Source: Nanobdellati archaeon
GTDB taxonomy: Archaea; EX4484-52; WAPT01
Reading direction: 5' to 3'
Assembly: GCA_015520605.1 (NCBI GenBank)
Contig: WAPT01000002.1
Location: forward strand, 1 to 32,124
DNA length: 32,124 bases
The notes under the pieces were generated by a model that was given only the letters and a program-made list of their open reading frames with translations, did no database searches and was not told the DNA's origin. Below, piece by piece: positions 1 to 8,921 of the stretch; the first letter of the stretch is position 1; the number at the start of each line of letters is the position of its first letter. Both the position numbers and the translations under genes were made by a program.

Positions 1-47
1 ACTATGGCCTCAACATCCTGCAAAGACGCCTCACGGATTTTCATCAT
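1..47 (-). CDS. GNAT-family acetyltransferase, 5' fragment running off the window edge
   Basis: Minus strand from ATG at 47 reads MMKIREASLQDVEAIV, the typical GNAT N-terminal 'IReA..eD.eaI' pattern. Not in the ORF track. Confidence 0.6.
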   Translation of the reverse strand, partial: MMKIREASLQDVEAI

Positions 48-101
48 AGCATTTCTGTTCGGCAACAACCTTTTTATATGGATTCCGTATTCAAACATTC
101 C

Positions 102-1283
102 ATGAATAAAGAGCTCGTGAGGAACATAAAGAAAGTTTACATTCTCAATTTCCTAACATCATTCGAGTTCTTTTCAGCTGTAATTATCCCATTCTTTACT
201 CTTTGGGGCAAGCTAAGCCTTGCTCAGGTCTTGATTTTACAGTCCGTTTTCCAGCTAACGATTATGCTGATGGAGGTGCCAACAGGCGCTGTAGCGGACA
301 AGATAGGGAGAAAGTTCTCCCTTGCTATCGGTTTTCTCCTCATTACAGCTGGAGCCATCATCTATGCCAGCTACCCGGATTTCTGGATCTTTGTTCTTGC
401 TGAAGCCCTTTTTGGAACAGGAATTAGCTTTCTCTCCGGAGCTGGAGAAGCCTTTGTTTACGACACGCTAAAGGAGATCGGAAGGGAGAAAGAATCAAAG
501 AGAGTTTTTGCAAGACTCGGGCAATTCAGTTTAGCGGGGCTTGCAATTTCAGCCCCCATTGGAAGTGTTGTAGCTCATTACTTTGGTGTAAGGGCTCCCA
601 TGCTCCTCACAGCCGTTCCGTTTTTCACGGGTTTCCTGATATCCTTAACCCTAAAGGAGCCAAAAGTTCACGAAACAAGAGGAAGGCACAGTTATGTCCA
701 AATAGTAAGGAGCAGCGTTGAAATGTTAAGGAAGCATAGGGAACTCAGGATTCTGGCTTTGGACATGGTGTTGGTTAGCGTGCTTACTTACTTCTACGTC
801 TGGACGTATCAGGCAAAGCTGATGCGGATCGGATTTCCGATAGCCTTTTTCGGTGTTGTACATGCTGCCATTGTGCTGGCGGAAATTGCTGTGTTGCATT
901 TCCTTGAAAGGCTTGAGAGACTCACAGGAGGAAAGAAAAATTATCTGTTTATCTCAGCTGCTTTGCCCGGAGCATGCTATCTCGTCATAGCAGCCTCCTC
1001 CAGCTGGATGATTGTGGTGCCTGCTGTAATTGCAGGTATGGCTTTTGGGAAAACGAGAAGAACGCCAATGATAAACTACATCAACAAATTCGTGGAATCT
1101 CATAACAGAGCAACAACCCTCTCATTCATAAACCTTCTCCACTCGTTGCTGCTCTCAGTGATGAATCCAGTGGTAGGGAAGGCTATGGACATCAATCTAA
1201 ACATTACGCTTGCCATCCTTGGCGTCCTTCTTCTTATAGTAGCTGCAACCACAAGAATCGAGGAGGAGATGTTGCTTGACTAA
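102..1283 (+). CDS. MFS transporter
   Basis: About 12 hydrophobic segments and MFS motif A-like 'EVPTGAVADKIGRK'. Start moved to ATG 102 because a TATA-like TTTTTATA at 71-78 lies about 25 nt upstream. Confidence 0.88.
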   Translation: MNKELVRNIKKVYILNFLTSFEFFSAVIIPFFTLWGKLSLAQVLILQSVFQLTIMLMEVPTGAVADKIGRKFSLAIGFLLITAGAIIYASYPDFWIFVLAEALFGTGISFLSGAGEAFVYDTLKEIGREKESKRVFARLGQFSLAGLAISAPIGSVVAHYFGVRAPMLLTAVPFFTGFLISLTLKEPKVHETRGRHSYVQIVRSSVEMLRKHRELRILALDMVLVSVLTYFYVWTYQAKLMRIGFPIAFFGVVHAAIVLAEIAVLHFLERLERLTGGKKNYLFISAALPGACYLVIAASSSWMIVVPAVIAGMAFGKTRRTPMINYINKFVESHNRATTLSFINLLHSLLLSVMNPVVGKAMDINLNITLAILGVLLLIVAATTRIEEEMLLD

Positions 1284-1316
1284 CATTTAAAAAGCTCACC
1301 GCTGCACTTTAAGAGC

Positions 1317-1640
1317 ATGACAGGGAAGAAGAAGGAAAAGCACGAAAAAAGCAAAAAGAATAGCAAAGCTGATGAAAAATCGCGCGAAAACATTGGCCTG
1401 ATTGTAACCACGCTTTCCATACTTCTCGGCATCGTGATGGGTTACGCTTCTGCCGCGCTCATCTCAAGGAGTAGCACGGCAATAATCGCCGGTTTGCTCT
1501 TCCTTTTTGTTTACCATCAGGGGATGCTTCGAGCAATAAAATCCCTTGAAAAGGAGGAAATAAGGGGTCTGACCATCCTTCCCTTTTTGACAGCATGGTA
1601 TGCCGCCTGGGTGTTTTTCTATAATTATCTCGCTGGATGA
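1317..1640 (+). CDS. Small 3-TM membrane protein, probably archaeal EMC6-like
   Basis: Basic N-terminus and three hydrophobic helices ending in 'PFLTAWYAAWVFFYN', resembling the F..W...W...YN end of EMC6-like proteins. Confidence 0.6.
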   Translation: MTGKKKEKHEKSKKNSKADEKSRENIGLIVTTLSILLGIVMGYASAALISRSSTAIIAGLLFLFVYHQGMLRAIKSLEKEEIRGLTILPFLTAWYAAWVFFYNYLAG

Positions 1641-1701
1641 TACAAATAAAAAAACTCAGCTTGAAAACAAACAACATTACAACTATCTTGGGGGTATAAC
1701 A

Positions 1702-3006
1702 ATGCTAAGGAGCAAATACATAGCTGAGGTTAAACCGGATGATAGTGTTAAGCTTGCCGGCCATGTCTATGAGATAAGGGATCTGGGCAAGCTCGTATTC
1801 ATAATACTTCGTGATCCGACAGGACTAATTCAGGTTGTGGCAAACAGAAAGGCGTGCGGAGATGAGGTATTCGAGAAAGTGAAGAATCTCTCAAAAGAAG
1901 ATTTTGTTGTTGTGGAAGGCAAGGCTGTTGCCAACGAGAAAGCCCCTTACGGTGGAAGAGAGGTTATTCTATCCAAAATTGAAGTTATGGCTGAAAGTGA
2001 GGCACCACTTCCAATAGATGTATCCGGGAAAATAGAGAGCACGCTGGACAAAAGGCTTGATTGGCGCTTCATAGATATGAAAAATCCGGATGTGCTTGGA
2101 ATCTTCATCTTCCAGAGCAAGCTCGTGGGACATATGGAGGAATTCCTGAGGAAGAATCGCTTTGTGAGGATCTTCACCTCAAGGATAACGAGCGCTGCTA
2201 CAGAAGGTGGAGCGGACTACTTCCCGATCCTCTACTTCAACAAGGAAGCTTTCCTTGCCCAGAGTCCGCAGCTTTATAAGGAGAGTGTACTCGTCTCCGG
2301 CATAGATAGAGTGTATGATGTTGGTATGGTTTACAGAGCGGAGCCGCACCACACGCCAAGGCACCTCTGTGAGTACGTCTCCTTTGATGTAGAGATGGTT
2401 GTGGAAAACATGAAAGATGTGCTTGAAATTCAGGAAGGGATGTTAAGGTATGCGTTTGAGAAATTAAATAAGGATGAGTGGGTAAGGGAGTTCCTTGAGA
2501 AAAGGGGTGTTGAGATCACCTTTCCCAAAAAGATTCCGGAGGTTAGTTTTGAGGAGGCCAACGAAATTCTGAAGGGTTTGGGTGTTGAAACTGATGAGCA
2601 CGATCTAACTCCGGAGGGTGAAAGAAGGCTCTGCAGCTACTTTACGGAAAATGAGGAAAGCGAGTTCGTGCTGGTACATAGCTTCCCGTTTGCCAAGAAG
2701 CCATTTTATCTTATGAGGTATGAGGACAATCCCGAACTTACGTATTCCTTCGATCTGCTCTATCGTGGGCTTGAGATAACTTCAGGAGGGCAGAGAGAGC
2801 ATAGGTATGAGGAGAGAGTGAAGAACATAAAGGACAAAGGTCTTGCCGTGGAGCAATTCGATCATTTGCGCTTCTTCAAGTACGGAATGCCACCGCATGC
2901 TGGCTTTGGCCTCGGAATAGAGAGGTTAACGATGAAAATGCTCAACCTGAAAAATGTCAAAGAAGCATCACTAACACCTCGAGACCCCGACAGGCTTGTG
3001 CCGTGA
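1702..3006 (+). CDS. aspS: Aspartyl-tRNA synthetase, archaeal type, probably non-discriminating
   Basis: OB-fold N-terminus, 'ATEGG', 'LAQSPQLYKE', motif 2 'YRAEPHHTPRHLCE', motif 3 'GFGLGIERL', C-terminal 'PRDPDRLVP'. GGGGGT SD precedes ATG 1702. Confidence 0.95.
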   Translation: MLRSKYIAEVKPDDSVKLAGHVYEIRDLGKLVFIILRDPTGLIQVVANRKACGDEVFEKVKNLSKEDFVVVEGKAVANEKAPYGGREVILSKIEVMAESEAPLPIDVSGKIESTLDKRLDWRFIDMKNPDVLGIFIFQSKLVGHMEEFLRKNRFVRIFTSRITSAATEGGADYFPILYFNKEAFLAQSPQLYKESVLVSGIDRVYDVGMVYRAEPHHTPRHLCEYVSFDVEMVVENMKDVLEIQEGMLRYAFEKLNKDEWVREFLEKRGVEITFPKKIPEVSFEEANEILKGLGVETDEHDLTPEGERRLCSYFTENEESEFVLVHSFPFAKKPFYLMRYEDNPELTYSFDLLYRGLEITSGGQREHRYEERVKNIKDKGLAVEQFDHLRFFKYGMPPHAGFGLGIERLTMKMLNLKNVKEASLTPRDPDRLVP

Positions 3007-3051
3007 GATATTAAAGCTAAGCTCCAAATTCCGCTCTTTTTTATCACATTT

Positions 3052-3723
3052 TTATTTCAGAAAGCCAAGCGCCTCGTCTATTCTTGCTATCTCAACTCCA
3101 GTTGTCTGCTCACCCACTACGTAGCCGTAAGAGTTGGCAACAATGCCGCTTCTCACAAAACAGCTACCAAAGTTCACGCTACCCAAATCACCCTCAACAC
3201 GTAGGGTCTTTTCCAGCACCTCGTAGTCCTCCTCGCTGCCGAGGTTGGAGAGTAAAAAGCCCTTGTTTGTTGCTACCGTGTAGCTCCCGGGGAGCTTACT
3301 CCTTGCGATTCTCGAGATGCTCACCTCCACACCAAGAACGTCCTCTATCTTCTTTTTCGATGATTTCAGGTTTTCGGATATCACAGCTCCTTTATCATTG
3401 CAAACCACGAGGTTGCCGAGCACCGTGTGCTTGGATCTGAGGGTGGCGATGTTGATATCTATGCCCGCATCCCTCAAAGCTTTCTTTATGGTCTCTCTTT
3501 CCTTTTCATCCACTATTTTCGGCAGAAGTAGTCCATTGGAGTTAGCTGCCACGAACAGACCTATAAGAGGTGTATCTGCAACACTACAGAATATCTGAGG
3601 CACATGGAGAACCTCATCCACCCTCGGGTAATCAGGGGGTGTGAGTACGAACCTGTCGGTTGCTGTTGCAAACAACCCTATGTTTATATCTCCGTTGTAG
3701 CTTATCTTTGCAACATGAACCAT
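3052..3723 (-). CDS. eif6: Translation initiation factor 6 (aIF6)
   Basis: 'NIGLF', 'VAANSNG', 'GSVNFGSCFVRSGIVANSYG', 'TTGVEIARIDEALG'; canonical position after eL31. Confidence 0.95.
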   Translation of the reverse strand: MVHVAKISYNGDINIGLFATATDRFVLTPPDYPRVDEVLHVPQIFCSVADTPLIGLFVAANSNGLLLPKIVDEKERETIKKALRDAGIDINIATLRSKHTVLGNLVVCNDKGAVISENLKSSKKKIEDVLGVEVSISRIARSKLPGSYTVATNKGFLLSNLGSEEDYEVLEKTLRVEGDLGSVNFGSCFVRSGIVANSYGYVVGEQTTGVEIARIDEALGFLK

Positions 3724-3743
3724 TCGAGAACATCACCGGAGTT

Positions 3744-4220
3744 TTATTTTTTTCCGCTATTTTCCTCACTTTCTTTCTTTCCCTCCCCTTCCTCCTTGGC
3801 TTTCTCCTTTTCTTCCATTTTCGCTGTGCTTTTCTCAGCTTCTTTTTCCTCACCCGCTTCTTTCTCTTCTCCTTCAGCCTTCTTTTCTTCGGGTTTTTCA
3901 GCAGCCTCTTCCTTTTCTTCCTTCTTTACCATCTCGAATTGGAACTTATGCTCTGGTAAGGTTACCCATGCAAGCTCCTCGCTAACCTTTGCGGCCCTGA
4001 CTCTTATCCTGCGGGGTGGATTTTTCATTCCCCTCTCCCACAGCTTCTCGTTAAGCTCCTGCGTTATCTTTACCTCCTTAACCTTCATGTGTCTCATGAT
4101 GAATTTCTTGAGTATGTCGACAGCCTTTCTCGTTCTATCGTTGTGAGGCCCATACCACGCATACTTGAGTGGGACTGTGTAAATCATCTCCCTTTGTGTC
4201 TCAACCTTCGCCTCAGTCAT
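3744..4220 (-). CDS. rpl31e: 50S ribosomal protein eL31 with long E/K-rich C-terminal tail
   Basis: 'IYTVPL', 'RTRKAV', 'LNEKLWERGMKNPPRRIRVR'. Confidence 0.95.
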   Translation of the reverse strand: MTEAKVETQREMIYTVPLKYAWYGPHNDRTRKAVDILKKFIMRHMKVKEVKITQELNEKLWERGMKNPPRRIRVRAAKVSEELAWVTLPEHKFQFEMVKKEEKEEAAEKPEEKKAEGEEKEAGEEKEAEKSTAKMEEKEKAKEEGEGKKESEENSGKK

Positions 4221-4233
4221 TCAGACCACCGCC

Positions 4234-4413
4234 TTAAAAGTCTATTTTGCTCGCACCCCTCCTCCAGTGTCTTGAGCGGAATCTCTTAACAGACCTGAAC
4301 CTCGCTCTTCCGAGGCCAAAGACACGCAAATCTATCCAGCGTGGAGCCGCTTTTGCGCTTTTCTTAGCTTTGACTATCCTCATCTTCTGCCATCCCGTCT
4401 TGTAACGGCCCAT
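4234..4413 (-). CDS. rpl39e: 50S ribosomal protein eL39 (59 aa, absent from ORF track)
   Basis: Hand translation MGRYKTGWQKMRIVKAKKSAKAAPRWIDLRVFGLGRARFRSVKRFRSRHWRRGASKIDF shows P.W and RHWRR motifs. Conserved synteny between PDCD5 and eL31. Confidence 0.9.
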   Translation of the reverse strand: MGRYKTGWQKMRIVKAKKSAKAAPRWIDLRVFGLGRARFRSVKRFRSRHWRRGASKIDF

Positions 4414-4427
4414 AAATGCTCACCACA

Positions 4428-4763
4428 TCACAGCCTTTTGATTTTCCACTCCCTTTTTCCGCTTGAAAGAGCGTTCAGCAGGCTCTTAAGCTGCTCTTCA
4501 GTTATCGGTTGCCTTATTCTTCCCGCTTGATACAGTTGGAGTATAAGCATCTCAACTTGCTTTGCCAACTCCGGCTTGACAAGCTTTACATTTGCAAGCC
4601 TCTCTCTGGCTGCAGGTTCAAGCAGCCTCTGCATAAGGGCTTTTATCTGCATTTCAATGGCTGCCTGCTGTCTGGCAGCCTCAGCTTCTTCAGCATGCTG
4701 GAGCTGCATTGCCCTCATGTATTCCTCCATTTTCCTTCTCTTTATCTCAGCAAGCTCATCCAT
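4428..4763 (-). CDS. PDCD5-like double-stranded DNA-binding protein
   Basis: 'DELAEIKRRKMEE', 'LEPAARERLANVKLVKPELAKQVE', 'ITEEQLKSLL'; canonical neighbour of eS19. Confidence 0.93.
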   Translation of the reverse strand: MDELAEIKRRKMEEYMRAMQLQHAEEAEAARQQAAIEMQIKALMQRLLEPAARERLANVKLVKPELAKQVEMLILQLYQAGRIRQPITEEQLKSLLNALSSGKREWKIKRL

Positions 4764-4796
4764 GAAACACTACACCCGAAAGAACAGTTGTGCACC

Positions 4797-5321
4797 TCAC
4801 TTTGAACTTTTTGTTTTAGTTTTGCTTTCTTTCTTCCCCTCTTTCTCCTTCTTTTCCTTCGCACCTGTTTTCTCAGTCTGTGAAGTTGTGCTCCTTTCCT
4901 TCTCCTCCAGTTCCCTCACAATCTCAGTTGCAATTTTATCCAAAAAGCTCCTACCCTCGGGGGTTACCTCTCTCCCTTTCAGGCCTTTCTTAACAAACCC
5001 CGCCACCTCAAGCTGCTGTAAACATTTCCTTATTATACTCCCGCTTCCCGGATAAAATTTTTCGGGCGCATGCCCTCTGTTTTTCTTACCTCCATACTTC
5101 CTTCTAAGTCTTGAAACACCTCTCGGCCTTATGTATATCTGCCTCAGGATGGCAGCAGCCCTGTAGTACCACCAGTCTGGCTGGTCGGGAATTCTTTCTT
5201 TATGTCTGCCGGTCTTCACATAAGTAGCCCATACTGGGGGTTTTATGGAATCGACTCCCTTCAGCTTCTGTGCCACTCTCTCAATCAGCATGTTCGGATC
5301 CACATCATATACCGTTGCCAT
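4797..5321 (-). CDS. rps19e: 30S ribosomal protein eS19
   Basis: 'TVYDV', '[14 protein letters not shown]', '[12 protein letters not shown]', '[14 protein letters not shown]'; GGTGA SD upstream. Confidence 0.97.
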   Translation of the reverse strand: MATVYDVDPNMLIERVAQKLKGVDSIKPPVWATYVKTGRHKERIPDQPDWWYYRAAAILRQIYIRPRGVSRLRRKYGGKKNRGHAPEKFYPGSGSIIRKCLQQLEVAGFVKKGLKGREVTPEGRSFLDKIATEIVRELEEKERSTTSQTEKTGAKEKKEKEGKKESKTKTKSSK

Positions 5322-5435
5322 TCCATCACCGTCCTATAGAATTTTTGGTAGTTTAATTTGTAGCATCAGGGAACTCTATTACGTTTCCTCCGTAAGCCAT
5401 AAGGTTGTAATGTACTGTTTGTGTTGGGTAAGATT

Positions 5436-5455
5436 TTTAAATATTTAATTTTTCG
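5436..5455 (-). promoter_or_regulatory. BRE/TATA promoter of the rps19e operon
   Basis: Minus strand CGAAAAA-TTAAATATTTAAA, implying a 5' leader of about 100 nt. Confidence 0.55.
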
Positions 5456-5461
5456 CCGTTT

Positions 5462-5626
5462 GGGAAAGGACGCTGGAACGAGTAGAATGGATATAGAGAG
5501 GGCAGGCAACTATTCATAACCTACGCAGCTCCTCATCTATTTTTCTTGCTATCCTTCTTATTCTCTCGAATTCTTTTTCTATATCCCTCTCTATTTCCCT
5601 TATGGTTCCTTCCAGCGTCCTTTCCC
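5462..5626. repeat. Long-range inverted repeat between the wHTH gene 3' UTR and its own CDS (17 bp + 10 bp arms)
   Basis: 5462-5478 GGGAAAGGACGCTGGAA is the exact reverse complement of 5610-5626. 5493-5502 ATAGAGAGGG is the exact reverse complement of 5585-5594. Confidence 0.9.
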
Positions 5627-5915
5627 TTAACTCGTAGCCGCCCTGCGTCCTCACGATCATGCCTACTCTGATGTACTTCTGGAGGTGGTGTACCACCGTG
5701 CTCCTAGAAAGCTTCACTTCCTGAGCAAGAACTTCAGGCTTTACAGGCCCGTTTTTTATGGAATGCTTCAGAATGCACAGCAGAAGCTTAGCAGATGTCT
5801 TTTCAATATCCCTTCCCTTAATTAACCCTAAACATTCACATACCCACTCAAGCATTTCCTTAAAGCTCTCTTCATCCGGGAGCTTTTTTTCTTTTACCGT
5901 AATCTCCTTCCTCAT
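5514..5915 (-). CDS. Winged helix-turn-helix transcriptional regulator (ArsR/TrmB-like)
   Basis: HTH 'PEVLAQEVKLSRSTVVHHLQKYIRVGMIVR' followed by a wing and a C-terminal coiled coil; divergent from hsp20. Confidence 0.85.
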   Translation of the reverse strand: MRKEITVKEKKLPDEESFKEMLEWVCECLGLIKGRDIEKTSAKLLLCILKHSIKNGPVKPEVLAQEVKLSRSTVVHHLQKYIRVGMIVRTQGGYELRERTLEGTIREIERDIEKEFERIRRIARKIDEELRRL

Positions 5916-5972
5916 AATTAATCATATTTACCCCTGCAAAACTTTTTTAAATCTTTCGATAAATTATAATTA

Positions 5973-5993
5973 TTGTTGAAATGATTTCGTCAA
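5973..5993. promoter_or_regulatory. Candidate palindromic operator between the wHTH gene and hsp20
   Basis: TTG-tt-GAAAT-g-ATTTC-gt-CAA dyad, downstream of AT-rich TATA-like tracts at 5943-5972. Confidence 0.45.
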
Positions 5994-6033
5994 AAACAAA
6001 ACCAATTATACAGAGATCGGGAGGTGATGGTAT

Positions 6034-6498
6034 ATGGTGTGGAGACGTGATCCTTTTGAAGAGATGCACAGACTTATAGACAGGATGGAAAGGCTATTTG
6101 AGGAGGACTGGGATTTCGAGTTCGGTCCTGCAAGGATAAGATTCGGCTGGAGAGGCCCAGCTCTTGAAGGTTTCAGAGAGCCACTGGCGGACGTCTTTGA
6201 GACTGAGAATGAGGTCATCGTTACTGTGGAGCTACCGGGGGTAAAGAAAGAGGACATTGAAGTCAACGTAACGGAGAATGCTGTAGAAGTAAAGGCCAAG
6301 ATAAAAGAAGAGTATAAGGAAGAGAAAGAAGGGATTTACAGAATGGAGAGGAGTTACAGGGGCTTCTACAGAGTCATACCACTGCCTGCTGAGGTGAAGC
6401 CAGAGGAGGCTAAGGCTACTTACAAGAACGGTGTGCTGGAGATAAGGATACCGAAGGCCAAGGAGAGCACGAAAGGCACTAGAGTAAAGGTCGAGTAA
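6034..6498 (+). CDS. hsp20: Small heat shock protein Hsp20 (alpha-crystallin)
   Basis: 'EPLADVFET', '[10 protein letters not shown]', '[14 protein letters not shown]', '[16 protein letters not shown]', terminal V-K-V; strong GGAGGTGA SD. Confidence 0.97.
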   Translation: MVWRRDPFEEMHRLIDRMERLFEEDWDFEFGPARIRFGWRGPALEGFREPLADVFETENEVIVTVELPGVKKEDIEVNVTENAVEVKAKIKEEYKEEKEGIYRMERSYRGFYRVIPLPAEVKPEEAKATYKNGVLEIRIPKAKESTKGTRVKVE

Positions 6499-6622
6499 AG
6501 CAGTACGTTTCTCCTTCGTTTTCAGTTTTTTGTTCCACTGTTGTTTATTTTTTTTGCAGAATTTTTCAACGGAACCCATATTATTTATTTTTTCACTCTA
6601 TATCATGGTAACGGAGGTGATC

Positions 6623-8818
6623 ATGATGGTGGAGAAAAATGTTAAAGGGGGTGAAAAGAAACCCATTGTGCAACTTACCGTGGCGGAAGCTCTGCAGATG
6701 GATGTGGGGAGGGGAATAGCCAGAATAGACACCAAGGTTATGGAAAAACTCGGTGTTGATGCTGGAGATGCCGTGCTTATAAAGGGTAAGAAAGAGACAC
6801 CAGCAGTTGTATGGAGAGCAAGACCTGAAGACGAGGGTCTTGGGCTCATCAGAATAGATGGCATAACAAGGAAGAATGCGGGAGTCTCACTTGGTGACAT
6901 AGTGGAGGTAATGCCAGCGGAGGTTAAGTCGGCAAGAGTGATCACCATAGCTCCGAGGGAAGAGATAAGGTTCAGCGGTGATCCTACTCCTTTCTTCAAG
7001 GAGAGGCTTCTCGACAGGGTGTTCATAAGGGGTGATGAGCTCACGATAGACATCCTAGGTACGACTCTCCATTTTGTTGTTACAAGAACCGATCCCAGTG
7101 GCGTTGTGAGAATAACTCCGCAGACACAGCTCATAGTTTCCGAGAGACCTGTAAAAGAGCTGGAAGCAAGAAGAACCGATGTAACTTACGAGGATATAGG
7201 AGGTCTCAAGGAGGAAATAGCAAAAATTAGGGAAATGGTGGAACTGCCCCTTAAATATCCAGAGGTATTCACAAGGCTCGGAATATCTCCACCAAAAGGT
7301 GTGCTTTTATACGGTCCACCCGGATGTGGTAAGACCTTGCTTGCAAAGGCCGTAGCTAATGAGACTAACGCCGCCTTCTATGCGATAAACGGCCCGGAGA
7401 TAATGAGTAAATACTACGGTGAGAGCGAGAGACAACTCAGGGAGATCTTCGAGGAAGCGGAGAAGAATGCTCCCGCAGTAATCTTCATTGACGAGATAGA
7501 TGCCATAGCGCCAAAGAGAGATGAGGTGAGTGGAGAGGTCGAAAGGAGGGTCGTAGCGCAGCTATTGACGTTGATGGACGGTTTGAAGGGCAGAGGAGAT
7601 GTGATAGTCATAGGCGCAACAAACAGACCTGACGCGCTTGACCCAGCGTTGAGAAGACCGGGAAGGTTTGACAGGGAGATAGAGATTGGTGTGCCGGATA
7701 AAGAGGCAAGGAAGGAAATCCTACAAATACACACGAGGGGCATGCCTCTCGAGAAGGATGTGGATCTTGATAAGATAGCTGAGCTCACCCACGGATACAC
7801 AGGAGCTGACCTTGAAATGTTGTGTAAGGAGGCTGCGCTGAAAGCTTTAAGGAGATATTTGCCAGAGATCCAGAAGCTTGAGACAGACAGGGTTCCTCCG
7901 GAGCTGCTGGAAAAGATGAAGGTTACAATGAAAGATTTCATGGAAGCGCTTAAAATTGTGCAGCCTTCAGCCCTAAGGGAGGTGCTCATAAGGAAACCCA
8001 ATGTAAGGTGGGATGACATAGGTGATCTGGAAGAGGCAAAGCAGGAGCTTATGGAAGCTGTGGTATGGCCAATGAAGCACAGGGACATGTTTGAGAAAGC
8101 CGGTATAAGACCGCCAAAGGGTATTTTGCTTTACGGCCCACCTGGCTGTGGTAAGACCTTGCTCGCAAAGGCTGTAGCCACGGAGTGCGATGCGAACTTC
8201 ATAGCAATTAAAGGTCCTGAGCTTCTGAGCAAGTGGGTAGGAGAGAGCGAGAAGAAGGTAAGGGAAATCTTCAGGAAAGCGAGGCAAGTGGCACCATCTG
8301 TGATATTTTTTGATGAGATAGATTCCATAGCTCCGATAAGAGGTAAGAGCCTGTCAACGGATGTAACGGACAGAATACTCAACCAGCTGCTCACGGAGCT
8401 GGACGGTATAGAAACATTGGAGGATGTGGTGTTTATAGCGGCAACAAACAGGAGAGATCTTATAGATCCCGCTCTCCTTAGACCCGGTAGGATAGACCGC
8501 GAGATTTACGTGCCGATGCCCGATGAAAAGGCAAGGTATGAAATCTTCAAGGTGCACACCAGAAAGATGCCTCTGGCAAAGGACGTTGATCTTAAGGAGC
8601 TTGCAAAGAAGACAGAGGGTATGAACGGAGCGGAAATAGAAGCGATATGTATGGAAGCGGGTATAATAGCGATAAGGGAAGCCATACAGAAAAAGAAGGA
8701 GTTCAAGGAGGTCAGCATGAAGCACTTTCTGGAGGCGATGGAAAAGATAAAGAAAAGAAAGGACAGGAGCTCAGCGGCGCGGCAAAAAGGAAATGGAAAC
8801 GAGGGATATGTTGGATGA
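6623..8818 (+). CDS. cdc48: CDC48/VAT family AAA+ ATPase
   Basis: N-domain plus two AAA modules (GPPGCGKT twice, IFIDE/IFFDE, RPGR arginine fingers). GGAGGTGA SD at 6613-6620 fixes the start at 6623 or 6626. Confidence 0.97.
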   Translation: MMVEKNVKGGEKKPIVQLTVAEALQMDVGRGIARIDTKVMEKLGVDAGDAVLIKGKKETPAVVWRARPEDEGLGLIRIDGITRKNAGVSLGDIVEVMPAEVKSARVITIAPREEIRFSGDPTPFFKERLLDRVFIRGDELTIDILGTTLHFVVTRTDPSGVVRITPQTQLIVSERPVKELEARRTDVTYEDIGGLKEEIAKIREMVELPLKYPEVFTRLGISPPKGVLLYGPPGCGKTLLAKAVANETNAAFYAINGPEIMSKYYGESERQLREIFEEAEKNAPAVIFIDEIDAIAPKRDEVSGEVERRVVAQLLTLMDGLKGRGDVIVIGATNRPDALDPALRRPGRFDREIEIGVPDKEARKEILQIHTRGMPLEKDVDLDKIAELTHGYTGADLEMLCKEAALKALRRYLPEIQKLETDRVPPELLEKMKVTMKDFMEALKIVQPSALREVLIRKPNVRWDDIGDLEEAKQELMEAVVWPMKHRDMFEKAGIRPPKGILLYGPPGCGKTLLAKAVATECDANFIAIKGPELLSKWVGESEKKVREIFRKARQVAPSVIFFDEIDSIAPIRGKSLSTDVTDRILNQLLTELDGIETLEDVVFIAATNRRDLIDPALLRPGRIDREIYVPMPDEKARYEIFKVHTRKMPLAKDVDLKELAKKTEGMNGAEIEAICMEAGIIAIREAIQKKKEFKEVSMKHFLEAMEKIKKRKDRSSAARQKGNGNEGYVG

Positions 8819-8921
8819 CCGTGCCACCACCCCACTTTTAATTAATTTTTTAGGTCTCTGATGCTGAACCTGTGGTTTGGAGAGGTTTTCTTTAAATTTA
8901 TTCGTCTCCCAAAGTAGAGTT

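Noticed and set aside
3013-3073. Near direct repeat AAAGCTAAGCTCC / AAAGCCAAGCGCC
   Set aside because: Only 11 of 13 bases match; compatible with chance.
7290-8180. Near-identical DNA at the two '[15 protein letters not shown]' segments
   Set aside because: Expected D1/D2 internal duplication of CDC48.
3604-8835. Long antisense ORFs such as 3604-4146, 4576-5055, 6598-7134 and 7414-8088
   Set aside because: F/S/L-rich mirror frames of well-supported genes.
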